NCBI GenBank assembly: GCA_024762995.1
Contig: JANTGI010000001.1
Span: 29,971 to 93,970, forward strand
Reading direction: 5' to 3'
Length of the DNA: 64,000 bases
From: Saprospiraceae bacterium
GTDB taxonomy: Bacteria > Bacteroidota > Bacteroidia > Chitinophagales > Saprospiraceae
Shown here: positions 60,140 through 64,000 of the stretch, piece by piece
Numbering within the stretch: position 1 is the first letter of the stretch
How the letters are laid out: the number at the start of each line of letters is the position of its first letter
Position numbers and translations under genes: made by a program
The notes under the pieces: model-generated
Seen by the model: only the letters and a program-made list of their open reading frames with translations
The model's database searches: none
Told to the model about the DNA's origin: nothing

Positions 60140-63100
60140 CTATATTTTTTCCACTTGTATTTTAGCCTTTAGGTCATTCGGTAATTCTACTTCTTGGCCA
60201 TCGTTGTCTGTGGTGGTCAGGGAATTGGCAAGCGTCTCTTGTTTGATGAGTTCCCCAAACCGGGTGACGGCATTTTCAATTTTAGGGTCGGGAGAAATTT
60301 TAATATTAATGCGATCCTGTACGTCAAAACCTTGGTCTTTGCGAATGTTTTGGACCCTGTTGATTAATTCTCGGGCGAGTCCTTCCGCAAGCAGTTCCTT
60401 GTCTAATGTAATATCCATTGCAACGGTTAAGTTGCCATCTGTCGCTACCGTCCATCCTTCAATATCTTCAGGAGAAATCTCAAAATCTTCTAGTGTCAGA
60501 AGATATTTTTCGTTGTCAATTGTTAATTCTAACTGGCCTGTTTTTTCAATATTATTGATGGCGTCTTGGTCTAGTTGGTTGATGATCGCTGCCGCTTGCT
60601 TCATGTTTTTACCAAGTCTTCTTCCAAGCGTTTTGAAATTGGGCTTTATCTTCTTTTTGATAAATCCGGACGAGTCATACAAGTACTCCAAATTTTTGAT
60701 ATTAGTTTCCGCAAGGATTAAATCCTTGACGGCATCTACCTGCCTTTCAAAGTCTTTGTCAAGGACGGGAATGAGCAGCTTGTTTAGGGGCTGACGCACA
60801 CGGATTTTCTCCTTTTTGCGCAAGGATAAGGCCAAGGAAGAGATACGTTGTGCATAGTCCATTCTTTGTTCTAACTCTTTGTTAATGAGAGAGTTGTCGG
60901 CTATTGGGAAGTCCGTTAAATGAATGGAAATGGGTGATTCTTTTTGGGTGACTTCGTTTAAATTTTGGTATAGCCAATCAGAGAAGAACGGAGAGATGGG
61001 TGACATGAGTTTGGCTACCGTATTGAGGCAAGTGTAAAGCGTCTGGTAAGCTGAAATCTTGTCTTGAGAATAGCTGCCTTTCCAAAAGCGTCTCCGCGAT
61101 AAACGGACAAACCAATTACTTAGATTTTCGGTGACAAAATCTTGAATCTTACGAGCTGCCGCAGTGGCTTCATAATCGGAATAGGACGCATCCACTTCTT
61201 TGATTAAACTATTGAGTAATGACAAAATCCATTGGTCGATTTCGGGTCTTTCTGCTAAGGCTATTTCGGCTTCTTGATAACGGAATTTGTCAATATTGGC
61301 ATAAAGCGCAAAGAACGAATAGGTGTTATAAAGGGTGCCAAAGAATTTTCTCTGAACTTCGACGATATTATTTTCGTCAAATTTTAAATTATCCCAAGGG
61401 TTCGCATTATGTGTTAGATACCAACGCAAGGCATCCCCGCCATAAGTACTTAAGGTCTCAAACGGGTCAACGGTATTGCCCAATCTTTTGGACATTTTTA
61501 CGCCATTCTTGTCTAATACTAATCCATTGGAAACTACCGCCTTGTAGGCAACAGAGTCAAAAACATTTGTGGCAATGGCATGGAGCGAGTAGAACCAGCC
61601 ACGTGTTTGATCGACTCCTTCGGCGATGAAATCTGCCGGAAATCTGCCTTCAAACAGGTCTTTGTTTTCAAAAGGATAATGCCACTGTGCATAAGGCATG
61701 GCTCCGGAGTCAAACCAGACATCAATTAAGTCCGATTCGCGTTTCATGGGCAGCCCCGTTTGGGAAACCAAAATGACTTCATCAATATAGGGTCGGTGTA
61801 AATCTTTGGGCATTTTTTGCGAAAGCCCCAGTGCTTTGTTGGCTTTGTCTATCTCCGTTTGCAATTGCGCTAAGGAGCCAATACAAATCTCTTCTTGTAG
61901 GGATTTATCGACTTCTTCATCGGTGCGCCAAATAGGGAGCGGTGTGCCCCAGTAGCGGGAACGAGACAGATTCCAATCTTGGATATTTTCCAACCAATTG
62001 CCAAAACGCCCTTCGCCGGTGGATTTCGGTTTCCAATTGATGGTTTTGTTCAACTCAATCATGCGGTCTTTGTTGGCGGTTACTTTTACAAACCACGAAT
62101 CCAATGGATAATACAAGACCGGTTTGTCGGTACGCCAGCAATGTGGGTAGTTGTGCATGTGTTTTTGCACGTTGAAGGCTTTATTTTCCTTTTTTAGTTG
62201 GATGGCGATGTCGATGTCCACATTTTGGTAATTGGGGTCGTCCTTGTAGTCTTTGACATAGCGTCCGGCATAATCAGTGACTTTATCCACAAATTTGCCT
62301 TGTTTGTCCACTAAAGTTAGGGAGCCAAGGCCATTTTGCTTACCCACCATCATGTCATCTGCCCCAAAAGACGGGGCTATGTGGACAATTCCGGTACCGT
62401 CTTCGGTGGTCACAAAATTAGCCACAACGACCTTAAAAGCATCGCCAACCGTTCCTAGAAGCTCATCATTTTTTCCCGTAAGGGATGCTATGGAGTCAGG
62501 CTGTACATAGGGCATTAATTGCTCATATCGGATGCCTTCCAAGTCTTTTCCTTGGTATTCGGCGACTATTTTATAGGGGGTTTTCTTGTCTTCGGGTTGA
62601 TAATCATCAAAGGAAAGGTCTGCTTGTTCGGGCTTAAACCACTTATGAAGCAAGGCTTTCGCCAAAATGACATGGACAGGCTGCTTGGTATAAGGATTAA
62701 AGGTTTTGACGACGAGATAGTCGATTTTGGGGTGGACGGCAAGGGCGGTATTTGACGGTAACGTCCAAGGGGTCGTTGTCCAAGCCAAAAAATAGAGATT
62801 GCCTTCATCGATTCCATCAAATAATGGGGCAGAGTTGTTGTCTTTGATGACTTTGAACTGGGCAACAATTGTGGTGTCTGATACATCTTTGTAGCAACCG
62901 GGTTGGTTCAGTTCGTGGGTACTAAGCCCTGTGCCTGCAGCCGGTGAGTAAGGTTGGATGGTAAGCCCTTTGTATAGGAGTTGTTTGTCGTATAATTTTT
63001 TGAGCAAATTCCAGACGGATTCGATGTACTCATTCTTGAAAGTAATGTAAGGGTGTTCCAAATCTACCCAATAACCCATTTTTACCGTAAGGTCGTCCCA

Positions 63101-63487
63101 AACATCTTTGAATTTAAGGACAGTTTCTTTGCATTGTCTATTGTATTCATCGACGGAGATGGATTTTCCGATGTCTTCTTTGGTGATACCGAGTTCTTTT
63201 TCGACTTTAAGCTCAACGGGCAGACCGTGGGTATCCCATCCGCCCTTACGGGAAACGCGCTTGCCCTTTAGGGTTTGGAATCGGCAAAAAGTGTCTTTGA
63301 CGGTCCGACCCATGACGTGGTGGATGCCCGGCATTCCATTAGCCGAAGGAGGCCCTTCGTAAAAGACAAAGGTGTTATTGGGGTCTCTTTGCTCAATACT
63401 CTTCTTAAAGACATCGTGGTCTTTCCAGAATTGAAGGATTTCTTTGTCTATGAGTGGTAGGTTTAAACCTTTGGGTACTTTGTACAT
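60140..63487 (-). CDS. ileS: isoleucyl-tRNA synthetase (type 2, eukaryote-like)
   Basis: 1115 aa. It has a HIGH-region variant (PGIHHVMGR) and KMSKR (GVKMSKRLGN). A large CP1 editing insertion is present, and the long C-terminal extension lacks the Zn-finger of type 1 enzymes. The ATG at 63487 (MYKVPKGLNLP) is preferred. Confidence 0.95.
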   Translation of the reverse strand: MYKVPKGLNLPLIDKEILQFWKDHDVFKKSIEQRDPNNTFVFYEGPPSANGMPGIHHVMGRTVKDTFCRFQTLKGKRVSRKGGWDTHGLPVELKVEKELGITKEDIGKSISVDEYNRQCKETVLKFKDVWDDLTVKMGYWVDLEHPYITFKNEYIESVWNLLKKLYDKQLLYKGLTIQPYSPAAGTGLSTHELNQPGCYKDVSDTTIVAQFKVIKDNNSAPLFDGIDEGNLYFLAWTTTPWTLPSNTALAVHPKIDYLVVKTFNPYTKQPVHVILAKALLHKWFKPEQADLSFDDYQPEDKKTPYKIVAEYQGKDLEGIRYEQLMPYVQPDSIASLTGKNDELLGTVGDAFKVVVANFVTTEDGTGIVHIAPSFGADDMMVGKQNGLGSLTLVDKQGKFVDKVTDYAGRYVKDYKDDPNYQNVDIDIAIQLKKENKAFNVQKHMHNYPHCWRTDKPVLYYPLDSWFVKVTANKDRMIELNKTINWKPKSTGEGRFGNWLENIQDWNLSRSRYWGTPLPIWRTDEEVDKSLQEEICIGSLAQLQTEIDKANKALGLSQKMPKDLHRPYIDEVILVSQTGLPMKRESDLIDVWFDSGAMPYAQWHYPFENKDLFEGRFPADFIAEGVDQTRGWFYSLHAIATNVFDSVAYKAVVSNGLVLDKNGVKMSKRLGNTVDPFETLSTYGGDALRWYLTHNANPWDNLKFDENNIVEVQRKFFGTLYNTYSFFALYANIDKFRYQEAEIALAERPEIDQWILSLLNSLIKEVDASYSDYEATAAARKIQDFVTENLSNWFVRLSRRRFWKGSYSQDKISAYQTLYTCLNTVAKLMSPISPFFSDWLYQNLNEVTQKESPISIHLTDFPIADNSLINKELEQRMDYAQRISSLALSLRKKEKIRVRQPLNKLLIPVLDKDFERQVDAVKDLILAETNIKNLEYLYDSSGFIKKKIKPNFKTLGRRLGKNMKQAAAIINQLDQDAINNIEKTGQLELTIDNEKYLLTLEDFEISPEDIEGWTVATDGNLTVAMDITLDKELLAEGLARELINRVQNIRKDQGFDVQDRINIKISPDPKIENAVTRFGELIKQETLANSLTTTDNDGQEVELPNDLKAKIQVEKI

Positions 63488-64000
63488 GAATAATTGCTTT
63501 TGGCCGTTTAGTTTGGGTTTGTTAAGCTTTGTTTTTGTGGCAGTTATAACGTTTGCCTTCGGCGAATGGTTCCTGTTGCATAGCCTACGAGGAAATATCT
63601 TCGCTAGAATCATCGCTTTACCTGTTTTATCCTTTCTACATGGGCCAAATTGGTTTGCCGGTTATTCTCGACAAATTTGGCAAATCTCTTTGCAAAATTT
63701 ACCTGCAGCCTAATCTTAGCAAATCAAATCGTCCCATGTATCCACCTAGTTGTTATTTGATAGACTTTCGTAAAAACCGGGGTTTTATACGCAAGTGTAT
63801 TGTTGGGTAAAAAAGGCACTCATGATGATTCAAAAATAAAGGGTACAAAGGTACAAAATGTTCTTCAAATAAGCATTGTCGCCATGTTTTGGAATTGAAT
63901 AATTGAATTTAGTAAAAAAAACGAATGTGTAAGTTTATGTAAATGCATAAAGAAGTATATAATGATAATAAAAATTTTTACCTGCAATAAATATGTGTAA

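Noticed and set aside
60132-60794. 220-aa ORF antisense to the 3' end of ileS
   Set aside because: It is a Ser/Leu-rich shadow frame of a well-supported aaRS gene, and its start lies within the terminator palindrome.

Overview
This is a moderately AT-rich chromosomal segment from a member of the phylum Bacteroidota. The assignment rests on the gldK/L/M/N gliding and type IX secretion (T9SS) genes, a PorP/SprF gene, a PorX-type regulator, TAnnTTTG-type promoter boxes and the absence of Shine-Dalgarno spacing. Most of the window is core housekeeping DNA. Positions 29.9-48.2 kb hold the complete str/S10/spc/alpha ribosomal-protein superoperon, rpsL through rplQ. It includes rpmD and rpmJ, which are too short for the supplied ORF track, plus fusA, secY, map, infA and rpoA. 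Directly upstream lies a complete T9SS core module, porP-gldK-gldL-gldM-gldN (23.9-29.6 kb). The T9SS response regulator PorX (CheY receiver plus PglZ domain) is at 58.5-60.1 kb. Other recognisable genes are nadB, cysS, lpxK, coaX, tdk, pfkA, eno, sucD, ileS (type 2), two rhomboid proteases, an EEP-family phosphoesterase, an MBL-fold hydrolase, a GGGPS/PcrB-family prenyltransferase with an adjacent GT4 glycosyltransferase, an HD-domain hydrolase and an OmpR-type orphan response regulator. I found no tRNA, rRNA, CRISPR array, transposase or prophage gene. No clear defence system or mobile island is present. The less ordinary content falls into six groups. (1) A family of intergenic hairpins and dispersed repeats with ACAGA...TCTGT stems sits at convergent gene junctions, including an ~85-nt repeat at ~80% identity at two loci, a 244-bp long palindrome and a CATG-dense 80-bp spacer. 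(2) A 400-bp word-repeat spacer lies upstream of lpxK. (3) An orphan SPPY methyltransferase shows apparently permuted motif order and is placed head-to-head, 20 bp apart, with a HEAT/AlkD-like gene. (4) A secreted protein carries thirteen ~23-aa repeats and a peptidoglycan-binding domain. (5) Two tandem paralogous TPR-like lipoproteins sit in an operon-like array with an outer-membrane barrel gene and an orphan response regulator. (6) Three uncharacterised envelope proteins occupy 6.3-11.3 kb. All functional calls come from motif recognition by eye; no database search was possible.
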